This document shows positions 8,809 to 18,556 of a stretch of DNA of 64,000 bases, piece after piece. The DNA is taken from assembly GCA_945881845.1 (NCBI GenBank), contig CAMCVN010000002.1, positions 17,947-81,946 of the forward strand, in the 5' to 3' direction. Under the pieces are notes generated by a model. It was not told the origin of the DNA, ran no database searches, and saw only the letters and a list, made by a program, of their open reading frames with translations. The position numbers and the translations under genes were made by a program. Source of the DNA: Bifidobacterium breve (GTDB lineage: Bacteria > Actinomycetota > Thermoleophilia > Solirubrobacterales > Solirubrobacteraceae). Each line of letters begins with the position of its first letter. Position 1 is the first letter of the stretch.

Positions 8809-9690
8809 ATGTCAGAGGAAGAGAAGGCTGATCGGCCAATCGAGCCGAGCGATCGCGTCAAGGTCGTGCAGGAGTCCGCGCCGGGCGGCGCAGAGGAATA
8901 TCGCTGGCATACCGGGCTGAACCGGCCCACGGGAGTGCCAGATGCGATTGAGTTCATTGATGTGCACAAGGCCTTCGGCAGAAACAAGATCCTTAAGGGG
9001 CTCAACCTCGGCCTGCCAGAAGGAAAGATCTCGATGATCCTTGGGCCGTCAGGAACCGGAAAGTCGGTCTGCATCAAGCACATGGTTGGGCTGCTCTACC
9101 CCGATGATGGCGACGTCCTCGTCCACGGTGAGTCGGTGCCGAACCTGCGCGACGAGGAGCTCTTCGAAATGCGCAAGAAGTTCGGCGTTCTGTTCCAGGA
9201 CGGCGCGCTCTTTGGTTCGATGAACCTGCTCGACAACGTCGCCTTCCCGCTGCGCCAGCACACCGATAAGAGCGAGGACGAGATCATGGGGATCGTCAAC
9301 GCGCGCCTTGCCGAAGTCGGCCTGACTGAGGCCGGCGACAAGATGCCGAACGAGCTCTCGGGCGGGATGCGCAAGCGCGCAGGCTTCGCTCGCGCCTTGG
9401 TGCTCGACCCCGACATCGTGCTCTTCGATGAGCCGGACTCAGGCCTCGACCCGGTCCGAACGGCGCTGCTCTGCGAGCTGATTCAGGAGATCCATGAGGA
9501 GAACGGCGGCGCCTACACGGTGATTACGCACGACATCATGAGCGCCCGCCGGGTCGCTGAGTACATCGCCGTGCTCTGGCGCGGGCGGATCGTTGAGGCC
9601 GGCCCGGCCGAGGAACTGTTCAACTCCGACAACGACTTTGTGCGCCAGTTCCTCTCCGGCTCGGCTCAAGGTCCTCTGGGGATGGAGTAG
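8809..9690 (+). CDS. mkl: ABC transporter ATP-binding protein, MlaF/Mkl (MceG)-like
   Basis: Walker A GPSGTGKS, signature LSGGMRKR, Walker B IVLFDEPDSGLD. ATG 8809 with GGAGG 7 nt upstream. Confidence 0.9.
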   Translation: MSEEEKADRPIEPSDRVKVVQESAPGGAEEYRWHTGLNRPTGVPDAIEFIDVHKAFGRNKILKGLNLGLPEGKISMILGPSGTGKSVCIKHMVGLLYPDDGDVLVHGESVPNLRDEELFEMRKKFGVLFQDGALFGSMNLLDNVAFPLRQHTDKSEDEIMGIVNARLAEVGLTEAGDKMPNELSGGMRKRAGFARALVLDPDIVLFDEPDSGLDPVRTALLCELIQEIHEENGGAYTVITHDIMSARRVAEYIAVLWRGRIVEAGPAEELFNSDNDFVRQFLSGSAQGPLGME

Positions 9691-9711
9691 CGCGATTAAG
9701 GGCTCGCCGAC

Positions 9712-11088
9712 ATGGATGACGGCAGGCGGACGGGCATGAAGCCGGCTCGCATAGTGACGCTGCTCGTAGCGGCGGTCGCCGTCGTGCTCGTAGCGATCGT
9801 CCTCTTCGGCGGAAGTTCGAACCCGACCTACGTGATGACCTTTGAGACGGCCGGGCAGCTGGTCAAGGACAACGACGTCCAAGTAGGCGGTCGGCGCGTC
9901 GGCAAGGTCGCCGATATTGAGCTGACGGCGAACAATCAGGCCAACGTCACGATCGAGGTGCAGGAGCCCTACGCGCCGCTGCACGAGGGGACGACGGCGA
10001 TCATGCGCGCGACCTCGCTCTCCGGCGTCGCCAACCGCTACATCGCTTTGACGCCCGGGCCGCAGAACGCGCCGGTGATCAGCGAGGGCGAGACGATCCC
10101 GGTTGATCAGACAACGACGATCGTCGACATCGACCAGCTCTTCAACACGCTCGATCCGGAGACGACGAAGGGGCTCGCGGAAGTCATTCAAGGCTTCGGA
10201 ACTTGGTACCGCGGTCGCGGCGTTGATGCGCGCAACGGCTTGCCTTACCTCTCGCCCTCGCTGAACGCGACGATTGGTCTGCTGGAGAAACTGAACAGCG
10301 ACCAGCCGGCGCTCGAGCAGATGGTTCAGAGCACCTCGTCGGTCGTTGGCACGTTGGCGGCGAAGGGTCCGACACTGACCAATCTCGTTACCAACGCCAA
10401 CATCAGCCTTGGTGCGATCGCCGATGAAAACGAGTCGCTGGCCGAAGCGCTCCAGTACCTGCCACAGACGCTGCGCCGCGGCAGTACGACCTTCGTCAAC
10501 TTGCGTACGACGCTCAATTCGGTCGACCAGCTGGTTGCCGCATCGAAGCCGGCGACAAAGAACCTTGCGCCGTTCCTCGCCGATCTTGAGCCTCTGCTCA
10601 CGCAGGCCGACCCAACGCTCACGGACCTCGCCTTGACGGTCAGCAAGCCCGGCGCCGACAACGACTTCACCTCGCTGATGCAGGACGCGCCAGCACTCAA
10701 CAGCGCAGCGACAAAATCGTTCCCTGCGTCGATCACGGCGATCAACGATTCGGTACCGACACTCTCCTATGCGCGGCCGTACGCGCCTGAGCTGGTCGGC
10801 CTGCTGCGTGACTTCGGACAGAGCACGTCGAACTACGACGCGAACGGCCATTACGCCAGAGCCACACCGGCCTTCGGGGCCTTCAACTACAACGGCACGT
10901 CGCTCGATTATCTAGGCGTCAACCGGGATGCTTGGGAGCAGAATGGCCCGACGATCGTGCCGCGCTGCCCAGGCGCGGCGACACAGGCACCGCCTGATGG
11001 CAGCGCACCGTGGCAGGCGCCTCTCTATCCATCAACAACCGCGCTGATCGGTTGTAACCCGGCGATCGTGCCACCGGGAGCCTGGTAG
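9712..11088 (+). CDS. MCE-family (MlaD-domain) protein, position A
   Basis: N-terminal TM helix IVTLLVAAVAVVLVAIVLF, then Mce domain VQVGGRRVGKVADIEL. An alternative start exists at 9736. Confidence 0.85.
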   Translation: MDDGRRTGMKPARIVTLLVAAVAVVLVAIVLFGGSSNPTYVMTFETAGQLVKDNDVQVGGRRVGKVADIELTANNQANVTIEVQEPYAPLHEGTTAIMRATSLSGVANRYIALTPGPQNAPVISEGETIPVDQTTTIVDIDQLFNTLDPETTKGLAEVIQGFGTWYRGRGVDARNGLPYLSPSLNATIGLLEKLNSDQPALEQMVQSTSSVVGTLAAKGPTLTNLVTNANISLGAIADENESLAEALQYLPQTLRRGSTTFVNLRTTLNSVDQLVAASKPATKNLAPFLADLEPLLTQADPTLTDLALTVSKPGADNDFTSLMQDAPALNSAATKSFPASITAINDSVPTLSYARPYAPELVGLLRDFGQSTSNYDANGHYARATPAFGAFNYNGTSLDYLGVNRDAWEQNGPTIVPRCPGAATQAPPDGSAPWQAPLYPSTTALIGCNPAIVPPGAW

Positions 11089-11090
11089 CG

Positions 11091-12533
11091 GTGAAGCGGC
11101 TAATCGCACTTTTCACCGTCTGCTGCGCTGGGCTTGCGCTAGTTCTCCTAGCGACAGGCTCCGGTGACGACGGCGCCTACCGGGTCCGCGCGATCTTCAA
11201 TAACGCGGCCTTCGTGATTCCCGGAATGGACGTCAAGATCGCTGGTGTCCGCGTCGGCGCGATCGAGTCGCTGGATCTCACCGACGACAATAAGGCGGCC
11301 GTCGTCCTCAACATCGAGAACCCGAATTACCATGACTTCCGCGAGAACGCCTTCTGCCGGATTCGCCCCCAGTCACTAATCGGCGAGCGCTACGTCGACT
11401 GCCGGCCGGAAGAGCCGCTGGTGACCGGCATTGCGCAGGCGCCGCTGCTGAAACCGATCGCGTCTGGCCCCGGCGAGGGTGAGTACCTGCTTCCGTCGAA
11501 TCGGACCGCAACCTCTGTCGACCTCGACTTGATCAACAACGTCATGCGTCTGCCGTTCCGCCAGCGCTTCACGATCATCCTCAACGAGTTCGGCACAGCG
11601 CTCGCAGGTAACGGTCGGGCGCTGAACGCGGCGCTGAAAGTGACCGACCCAGCGCTGAAGGAACTTGGCGACGTGCTCGGGATCCTTGCGCGTCAGAACA
11701 AGCAGCTCGGTGCCCTGGCGGAGAACGGCGACAAGGTGCTGACGCCGCTTGCGCGCGAGCGGGCGCGGGTCGCCGGATTCATCAACTCCTCCGGCTACAC
11801 CGCTCAGGCCACCGCCGAGGAGAGCGCATCGTTGAGCGAAAATCTGCAGAAGTTCCCTGGTTTCCTTGAGCAACTCAGGCCGACGATGAATGATTTGGCG
11901 AGTTTTTCTCGTAACGCGACGCCGGTATTCACAGATCTAAACCGCGCTGCAGATTCGATCAACACATTCACGCTCGGCGCGCCGGCATTCAACGAGGCCG
12001 GAATCCCGGCGCTGGTCTCACTTGGCCAAACAACCGACGTTGCCGGGCCAGCGCTCGTCAGCTCGCTGCCGCTGGTGGAGAAGCTGGGCCCGCTCGGAGC
12101 GAACGCAAAACCGACGGTCACAGACCTCGCGGCGCTACTAACTTCACTGAAGAAGACCGGCGGCATCAACAGCCTGATGACGCTGATCTACAACACGAGC
12201 GGCTCACTCAATGGCTTTGACGAATACGGCCACTATCTACGAGCACGACTGACAACCACAACCTGCCAGTCGTTCAGAATCAAGAACGACATCAACTGCA
12301 ACGCCAACTTCGTCACCGGATCGGGTAGCGGCAGTTCGGCGGCAGGCGTAGCGGCCGCGCCGCGGCAGCCGGCAGGCAAGCGGGCGCCAAGCGCTGCGTT
12401 GGAGGCACCTACCAGCCTTGCTCCAAGCTCGGCAACGCCGGGGGTTGGTGCCGCTCAACCGCGCAAGCCAAGCAAGCGGCCTACCGATCCGCAATCTGCC
12501 CAGGCCCTACTCGACTACTTGCTCGGAAAATGA
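11091..12533 (+). CDS. MCE-family protein, position B (Pro/Ala/Ser-rich C-terminal tail)
   Basis: GTG start. TM helix LIALFTVCCAGLALVLLA. Mce domain VKIAGVRVGAIESLDL. Confidence 0.85.
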   Translation: MKRLIALFTVCCAGLALVLLATGSGDDGAYRVRAIFNNAAFVIPGMDVKIAGVRVGAIESLDLTDDNKAAVVLNIENPNYHDFRENAFCRIRPQSLIGERYVDCRPEEPLVTGIAQAPLLKPIASGPGEGEYLLPSNRTATSVDLDLINNVMRLPFRQRFTIILNEFGTALAGNGRALNAALKVTDPALKELGDVLGILARQNKQLGALAENGDKVLTPLARERARVAGFINSSGYTAQATAEESASLSENLQKFPGFLEQLRPTMNDLASFSRNATPVFTDLNRAADSINTFTLGAPAFNEAGIPALVSLGQTTDVAGPALVSSLPLVEKLGPLGANAKPTVTDLAALLTSLKKTGGINSLMTLIYNTSGSLNGFDEYGHYLRARLTTTTCQSFRIKNDINCNANFVTGSGSGSSAAGVAAAPRQPAGKRAPSAALEAPTSLAPSSATPGVGAAQPRKPSKRPTDPQSAQALLDYLLGK

Positions 12534-14008
12534 CCTCCAGCCGCAGAAAATCCTCAATCGCTGCCAACCCGGTCCTGATCGGAGCAGTAACAACGCTCGT
12601 CCTTGTGGTGCTCGTTTTCCTCGCCTATAACGCCAACAACGGGCTTCCGTTCGTGCCTTCATACGACATTAAGGTTGAGGTGCCCAATGCTGCCGGGCTA
12701 GTCAAGGGCAACGAGGTTCGAGTCGGCGGGACGCGCGTCGGAGTGATCACCAAGATTGAGCCGCAGACAGAGCCCGACGGTTCTGTCGTCGCGGTTCTGA
12801 CGCTGAAGCTAAACAGCGTTGTCGAGCCAGTCCCGGACGACACGACGGTGATGATCCGCCCTCGCTCTGCGCTGGGGCTGAAGTACGTTCAGCTAACGCG
12901 CGGCGCGTCGAAGCAGGGCCTCCCCAACGGAGGCACATTGGCGATCGCGCAAGCGCGCCCCGAGCCGGTTGAGATCGACGAGTTCTTCGACATGTTTGAT
13001 GAGCCGACGCGGCGGGCTTCGCAGGCCAATCTGGCTTGGTTCGGTAACGCGATCTCCGGTCGCGGTGTCGATCTGAACCTGACGATCCAAGATCTCAAGC
13101 CATTCGCGGAGGCGATCACACCGCTGATGCGCAACCTTTCGAGCAAGCGAACAGATCTTGCTGGTTTCATCAACGGCCTGTCGCAAAGTTCCAGCGTCGT
13201 AGCTCCTGTCGCCGAGACACAGGCGCAGATGTTTGTCAATCTCGATGAGACCTTCGAGGCCTTGGCATCGGTCGCGCGGCCTTACATCCAGGAGTCGATA
13301 ACCGAGGGTCCGCAGACGCTCGAGAACGCCACCGTCAACTTGCCTCGGCTGCGCCCCTTCCTGGTCAATAGCGCGACCCTCTGGCGTGCGCTGCAGCCGG
13401 GGATTAGGTCGCTCACCGACGCCGCTCCTGATCTTGCGAGCATCGTGACCGTCGGAACGCCCGTGTTTGAGCGCTCGCCTGCGTTCAACGCTCAGCTGTC
13501 AACGACGTTTACGGCTGTCGCTGCGTTCGCGACAAATCCGGGAACGACGCTCGGTGTCGTTGATTTGACTGAGACTGTGAAGGTCCTGCGGCCGACGCTC
13601 GCATTCGTCACCCCAGCGCAGACGACCTGTAACTACCTGACGCTGCTGTTGCGTAACGCCGGTGAGATTGGCAGCGAGGGCGGGAGCACCGGCCAAGCCC
13701 AGCGAGTGACCGTGATCGCGACCCCGGGCGGTCTGTTTGATCCGGCGAACCCCACGACATCGCAGCCAATTTCGCCGAACAATGAGGGTGTTCCGGCCAG
13801 CGCTCCGGCAAACGGCGGACCCCCCGGTTCCGACATCACCAACTACCTCCATAGCAATCCGTACCCGTACACCGCTGCCCCAGGCCAGCCGGCAGGGGAG
13901 TGCGAGGCGGGCCGAGAGAACTACGAAGTTGAGAAGGTTGTGATCGGCAACCCACCCGGTAATCAAGGTTCTGCTGGGGCGTTCGATTCGACTGGAGGCG
14001 GCAAGTAA
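12530..14008 (+). CDS. MCE-family protein, position C
   Basis: 4-nt overlap with the previous gene. TM helix VLIGAVTTLVLVVLVFLAY. Mce domain VRVGGTRVGVITKIEP. Confidence 0.85.
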   Translation: MTSSRRKSSIAANPVLIGAVTTLVLVVLVFLAYNANNGLPFVPSYDIKVEVPNAAGLVKGNEVRVGGTRVGVITKIEPQTEPDGSVVAVLTLKLNSVVEPVPDDTTVMIRPRSALGLKYVQLTRGASKQGLPNGGTLAIAQARPEPVEIDEFFDMFDEPTRRASQANLAWFGNAISGRGVDLNLTIQDLKPFAEAITPLMRNLSSKRTDLAGFINGLSQSSSVVAPVAETQAQMFVNLDETFEALASVARPYIQESITEGPQTLENATVNLPRLRPFLVNSATLWRALQPGIRSLTDAAPDLASIVTVGTPVFERSPAFNAQLSTTFTAVAAFATNPGTTLGVVDLTETVKVLRPTLAFVTPAQTTCNYLTLLLRNAGEIGSEGGSTGQAQRVTVIATPGGLFDPANPTTSQPISPNNEGVPASAPANGGPPGSDITNYLHSNPYPYTAAPGQPAGECEAGRENYEVEKVVIGNPPGNQGSAGAFDSTGGGK

Positions 14009-15498
14009 TGTCGATCTTCCGCCGCAGTTCTAAGGATGCTCGCCCGACCGTGCTGCGAAAGGATCGCAACGGTGCCAACCCGATAACCGTCGCGCTGATC
14101 GCGATCGTCGTGATCGGGCTGATCTCTTACTTCGGGTTCTCGAAGAACAATCCGTTCAGTCAGCCGTTCCAGTTCCAGGCCGTGTTCAGCTCGGCCAATT
14201 CGATCCGGCTGAGTTCGCCGGTCAGGATCGCTGGCGTCAACGTCGGCAAGGTCGTCAAGGTCGAGGGCCAGGACGGAACGAATAACGCGATCGTGACGAT
14301 TGAGGTTCAGGATCAAGGACTACCGATCCACAAAGATGCGGTGCTGAAGATCAGGCCGCGAATCTTCCTCGAGGGCAACTTCTTCGTTGACCTCAAGCCG
14401 GGGACGCCACAGGCGCCGACGATTGCTGAGGGCGACACGATCCCAGCCTCACAGACGGCGATCCCGGTCCAGCTCGACGAAGTGTTGACATCGCTGCAGC
14501 AGAGCACGCGGAAGAACCTCCAAGTGCTGCTGATCGAGCTTGGCGCCTCGCTGACCGCTGAGCCAACCCCTGCCGAGAATGCCGAGCAGCCGCCACTAAC
14601 GCAGGGAAAGACGGCAGCCGAAGCGCTCAACAACTCGCTCAAGTACTCCGAGCCAGCGCTGAAGAACAGCGCACTCGTCAATCAGGCCCTCCAGGGCGTC
14701 GAACCGGATGATCTGCCAGCCCTGGTGCGTGGCCTCGCAGCGACCTCAACGAAGCTCGTCGGCAGCGAAGCCCAGCTCGGTGACCTCGTAGTCAACTTCA
14801 ACACGACGATGGAGGCGATCGCTTCGGAACAGAACGCGGTTCGCGAGACGGTCAAACTGCTCGGCCCGACCGTCAAGAACGCCTATGTGAGCCTCGGTTC
14901 GCTTAATAAGGCACTGCCGAGCCTCGCTCAGTTCTCGGTTGACTTTGTGCCTGGCGTTGAGCAGACACAGCCAACGATCGACGCTGTGACACCGTGGATC
15001 GCGCAGGCGACGCCGTTTGTGTCGCAGGCTGAGATGGGAGGCGTGGCCGCCAACCTGCAGCCCTCGACCGAGAGTCTCGCGCAGCTGAGCGCCGCGACGA
15101 TCCCAACGCTCACCCAGACGCTCAACTTCTCGCAGTGCGTTAGCAAGGTGTTGATCCCGACTGGCGACACTGTCATCCCCGACGGAGCGTTTTCGACCGG
15201 CAAGCCGAACTCGCAGGAGTTCTGGGACGCGCTAGCTGGCTTCAATGGCGAGTCGCAGGCCTTCGACGGAAACGGACAGATGGTCGAGCTGCAGGCCGGA
15301 GGCGGTCCTAACCCTGTAACCATCACCGGCGGCAATCTGAATGCCAAGCAGCCGCTCTACGGCAATAGCATCGGCGCCCCGCAGGGTACGAAGCCGGCGT
15401 GGACGAGCGGGCAGACGATTCCCTTGAAGCCGAACGAGCTCTGCTCGAAGCAAGCACTTCCAGACATCGCAGGAACCCCGACGGGACCGGCCGACTGA
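14008..15498 (+). CDS. MCE-family protein, position D
   Basis: 1-nt overlap with the previous stop. TM helix ITVALIAIVVIGLISYFGF. Mce domain VRIAGVNVGKVVKVEG. Confidence 0.85.
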   Translation: MSIFRRSSKDARPTVLRKDRNGANPITVALIAIVVIGLISYFGFSKNNPFSQPFQFQAVFSSANSIRLSSPVRIAGVNVGKVVKVEGQDGTNNAIVTIEVQDQGLPIHKDAVLKIRPRIFLEGNFFVDLKPGTPQAPTIAEGDTIPASQTAIPVQLDEVLTSLQQSTRKNLQVLLIELGASLTAEPTPAENAEQPPLTQGKTAAEALNNSLKYSEPALKNSALVNQALQGVEPDDLPALVRGLAATSTKLVGSEAQLGDLVVNFNTTMEAIASEQNAVRETVKLLGPTVKNAYVSLGSLNKALPSLAQFSVDFVPGVEQTQPTIDAVTPWIAQATPFVSQAEMGGVAANLQPSTESLAQLSAATIPTLTQTLNFSQCVSKVLIPTGDTVIPDGAFSTGKPNSQEFWDALAGFNGESQAFDGNGQMVELQAGGGPNPVTITGGNLNAKQPLYGNSIGAPQGTKPAWTSGQTIPLKPNELCSKQALPDIAGTPTGPAD

Positions 15499-15502
15499 TC
15501 CG

Positions 15503-16984
15503 ATGAAGACGGCAATCCTCAAACACACACGTGACTTCATTGCACTCGGCGTGGTTGCCCTGCTGGCCGTCGTGATCGGCGGCTACATCCTCTCCAACCA
15601 GCGCTTCTATCTGCCGGCCTGGGTGCCGATCGTTGGGAGCGACTTCGTCGACTACAACGCTCAGTTCTCGACTGCGCAGGCGGTCACTCCAGGGCAGGGG
15701 CAGACCGTGATCGTGGCGGGTGTGACGATCGGCGAAATTGGTGGCGTCACGCTGGAGGGCGGGACCGCGATCGTCGAGATGAAGATCCGCGAGAAGTACG
15801 CCCACATCTACAAAGATGCGACCGCTCTGTTGCGCCCGAAGACGGGGCTCAACGACATGGTGATCGAGCTTAATCCCGGTTCGCCGAGCGCTGGCGAGAT
15901 AGCTCCCGGCGGAACCCTGCCGGTTTCGCGCACGCTCCCGAACGTCAACCCCGATGAGATTCTCGCTGGCCTAGACGCCGACACTCGCGCATACCTCCAG
16001 CTGCTCGTCAACGGTGGCGGTGAGGGCCTCAATGGCAACGCCAAGGAACTCTCGGCAACGCTCAAGCGGTTCGACCCGATTACCGTCTACCTGGCGCAGA
16101 TCGGCAAGGAGATGGGTCGCCGCCAGGCCTACATCAAGCACGGGATCCGCAACTTCCGGCTGCTCGCCGAGGAGCTGGGCGCGCGCGACACCGAGCTTGC
16201 CCGTTGGGTGCGCTCATCGAACGACGTCTTCAAAGTCTTTGCCGATCAGCAGAGCAACCTCCGCTCCACCCTTGCGCTGCTGCCAGGAGCCCTCGACGCA
16301 ACCAATAACGCAGTTCTCGCGAGCGACGCACTGACGAACCAGATGGGCCCTGCGCTGGCGAAGCTGCAACCGACGGCTGTCGGCACTGCTGCTTCGTTGA
16401 AATCGCTGCAAGCGTTTGCCAAGGCAACTACGCCTGTGCTCGAAGATCAGCTCCGCCCGTTCACAGCTGAGGCTGGGCCAACTGTCGCAGCACTCAAGCC
16501 CGCCGCCGCCGATCTAGCCGCGACGGCGCCGCAACTAGACACAAGCTTCTCAGTGCTGAACACGTTGACGAACGAGCTTGCCTACAACCCCCCTGGGGCA
16601 CAGGAGGGCTACCTCTACTGGCTGGCGTGGGGCAACCACCTCACGGCCAACATGCTGGCCGCGCAGGATGCCGGTGGGCCGATCCGCCGCGGCACGCTCT
16701 TCAGCTCCTGCGACGCGCTCACGATCTATGAGGATCTCGGCAAGGGCAATCCTGAGCTCGGAACCCTGATTGAGCTGTTGAACGCTCCGAAGGTGGCTGA
16801 CGTTTGCGCCACGCCAGCTGCCGCCGCTCAGGTGGCACGTGGTAAGGCGATCGCCCGCCGCTCGCTTGAGCAGCAGAGGGCAAACAGCGGTGCCACAGGG
16901 GTTGGCGCGACCGCCGACGGAGCGCAGCCAGCCCAATCGACGGCGCCGCCGGCGTCCGAGGCTCAGGGCGGTGACGCACGATGA
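15503..16984 (+). CDS. MCE-family protein, position E (no lipobox, unlike mycobacterial MceE)
   Basis: TM helix FIALGVVALLAVVIGGYIL. Mce domain VIVAGVTIGEIGGVTL. Confidence 0.85.
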   Translation: MKTAILKHTRDFIALGVVALLAVVIGGYILSNQRFYLPAWVPIVGSDFVDYNAQFSTAQAVTPGQGQTVIVAGVTIGEIGGVTLEGGTAIVEMKIREKYAHIYKDATALLRPKTGLNDMVIELNPGSPSAGEIAPGGTLPVSRTLPNVNPDEILAGLDADTRAYLQLLVNGGGEGLNGNAKELSATLKRFDPITVYLAQIGKEMGRRQAYIKHGIRNFRLLAEELGARDTELARWVRSSNDVFKVFADQQSNLRSTLALLPGALDATNNAVLASDALTNQMGPALAKLQPTAVGTAASLKSLQAFAKATTPVLEDQLRPFTAEAGPTVAALKPAAADLAATAPQLDTSFSVLNTLTNELAYNPPGAQEGYLYWLAWGNHLTANMLAAQDAGGPIRRGTLFSSCDALTIYEDLGKGNPELGTLIELLNAPKVADVCATPAAAAQVARGKAIARRSLEQQRANSGATGVGATADGAQPAQSTAPPASEAQGGDAR

Positions 16985-18504
16985 ATAAGCAGGCGCCAAG
17001 TCTCGCGCGGATCATGACGATGGTGCTGTTCGCGCTGTCGTGTTTCGCGCTGCTGCTCTTCCTCTGGGTTGCGTTTGGTGGCCCAACGCCGCTCAAGCCC
17101 AATGGCTATCGCATCACGGTGCCGTTCAAGGAGGCCGGTCAACTCGCTCAGCAGGCCGACGTGCGAATCTCCGGCGTTCGCGTCGGAACCGTCAAGGCGA
17201 TTGTCACCGACCCGGCGAGTGGCAATTCGAACGTGACGATTCAGATGCTGCCGCAGTATTCGCCGGTGGCTCAGGACTCGCGCGCAATGTTGCGCGCCAA
17301 ATCACTGCTCGGCGAGACCTACCTTGAACTGACGCCAGGCAACCCTGATGGGCCGTTCGTCGCCGACAACGGCACGCTGCCGCGCGGCAACATCAAGCCG
17401 TCGGTCGAGCTCGACGAGATCTTCCGCGCCTTCGACCCCAAGACGCGCGAGGCGTTCGCCACCTGGCAGCAACAGCTTGCGATTGCGGGCACTGGCTACG
17501 GCCGTGACCTCAACGACGCTTTCGCCCAGCTCGCGCCGCTCGAGGAGCAGGCAACAAGCCTCGCGAAGGTCCTAAACCGCAACCAGCTTGCTCTGAGCGG
17601 CCTGATCCGAGATACAGGCGTTGTCTTCGCCGCCCTGAGCGCTCGCGGTAACCAGCTCAGCAGTCTGATCACCAACTCCAACACGGTCTTCGCGACGACC
17701 GCGGCGGCCAACCAGCAGCTCGCAGACACGTTCGTCGCGTTGCCTACGTTCCAGCGTGAATCGCGCGAGACCCTTGACCGTCTTGTGACCTTCGCTGACG
17801 TCACTAATCCGCTCATCACTCAACTCCAACCGGTCGCCAAGCAGCTCGCGCCGACCGCCGCTGCGCTCGAGCAGACGGCGCCGGCGCTGAATGACCTCCT
17901 GATTGGGCTTGGGCCGGCGATTACCGCATCCGAGAAGGGACTCCCGGCGACGAACAGCTTCCTCGCGCAGACCCCTGCGCTGCTGGAGGCAGTCGATCCG
18001 CTCGCGGCCAATCTCAATCCGCTCTTCCAATACGTCGGTCAGTATCCAAATGACATCACAGCGTTCGTCGGAAACGCTGCCGCTGCGACGAATGCGCGCA
18101 CCGACCTCAACGGTAAGACCGTGCGCTACTTGAGGGTTACGAACACGATCAACCCACGCTCACTTGCCGCGTACCCAGAGCGCGTCCAGTCGAGCCGTTC
18201 AAACCCCTACCCACTGCCGAGGTCATTCGACAAGCTCGCTACTTCGAACATGCCTGTCTTCCAGACCACACCGTGCACTAGTGGCATCACTGCTGGGCTC
18301 TCCGCTAGCGCCCAGGCGGCGCTCGGTCCCGTGTACGCAGCGCGCGTGAACGGGTACGCCTTCAACGTCAACAACCCGAACGGCATCGGCGATCCCACCA
18401 ACGTCGCAGCGCCAGCCTGTCCGCTTCAAGGCCCCGTATTTGGCAGTGGCTTCTACTTCCCGCAGGTCAACGCCGGCGTCGTAACGCCGAAGCTCGTCCC
18501 CTGA
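16981..18504 (+). CDS. MCE-family protein, position F
   Basis: 4-nt overlap with the previous gene. TM helix IMTMVLFALSCFALLLFLWVAF. Mce domain VRISGVRVGTVKAIVT. Confidence 0.85.
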   Translation: MNKQAPSLARIMTMVLFALSCFALLLFLWVAFGGPTPLKPNGYRITVPFKEAGQLAQQADVRISGVRVGTVKAIVTDPASGNSNVTIQMLPQYSPVAQDSRAMLRAKSLLGETYLELTPGNPDGPFVADNGTLPRGNIKPSVELDEIFRAFDPKTREAFATWQQQLAIAGTGYGRDLNDAFAQLAPLEEQATSLAKVLNRNQLALSGLIRDTGVVFAALSARGNQLSSLITNSNTVFATTAAANQQLADTFVALPTFQRESRETLDRLVTFADVTNPLITQLQPVAKQLAPTAAALEQTAPALNDLLIGLGPAITASEKGLPATNSFLAQTPALLEAVDPLAANLNPLFQYVGQYPNDITAFVGNAAAATNARTDLNGKTVRYLRVTNTINPRSLAAYPERVQSSRSNPYPLPRSFDKLATSNMPVFQTTPCTSGITAGLSASAQAALGPVYAARVNGYAFNVNNPNGIGDPTNVAAPACPLQGPVFGSGFYFPQVNAGVVTPKLVP

Positions 18505-18527
18505 TCCGCTCGGCCCGGTCGGCGCGG

Positions 18528-18539
18528 GGATCGCGATCC
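18528..18539. repeat. Perfect 12-bp palindrome GGATCGCGATCC in the 52-nt gap between mceF and the MMPL gene
   Basis: Read directly. Confidence 0.5.
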
Positions 18540-18556
18540 GACGGTAATTTGGCTTG

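Noticed and set aside
9439-10851. 470-aa minus-strand ORF
   Set aside because: It is antisense to the Mce-A gene. It is extremely Arg/Asp/Glu/Val-rich with no recognisable motif. This is the typical stop-free shadow frame of high-GC coding DNA.
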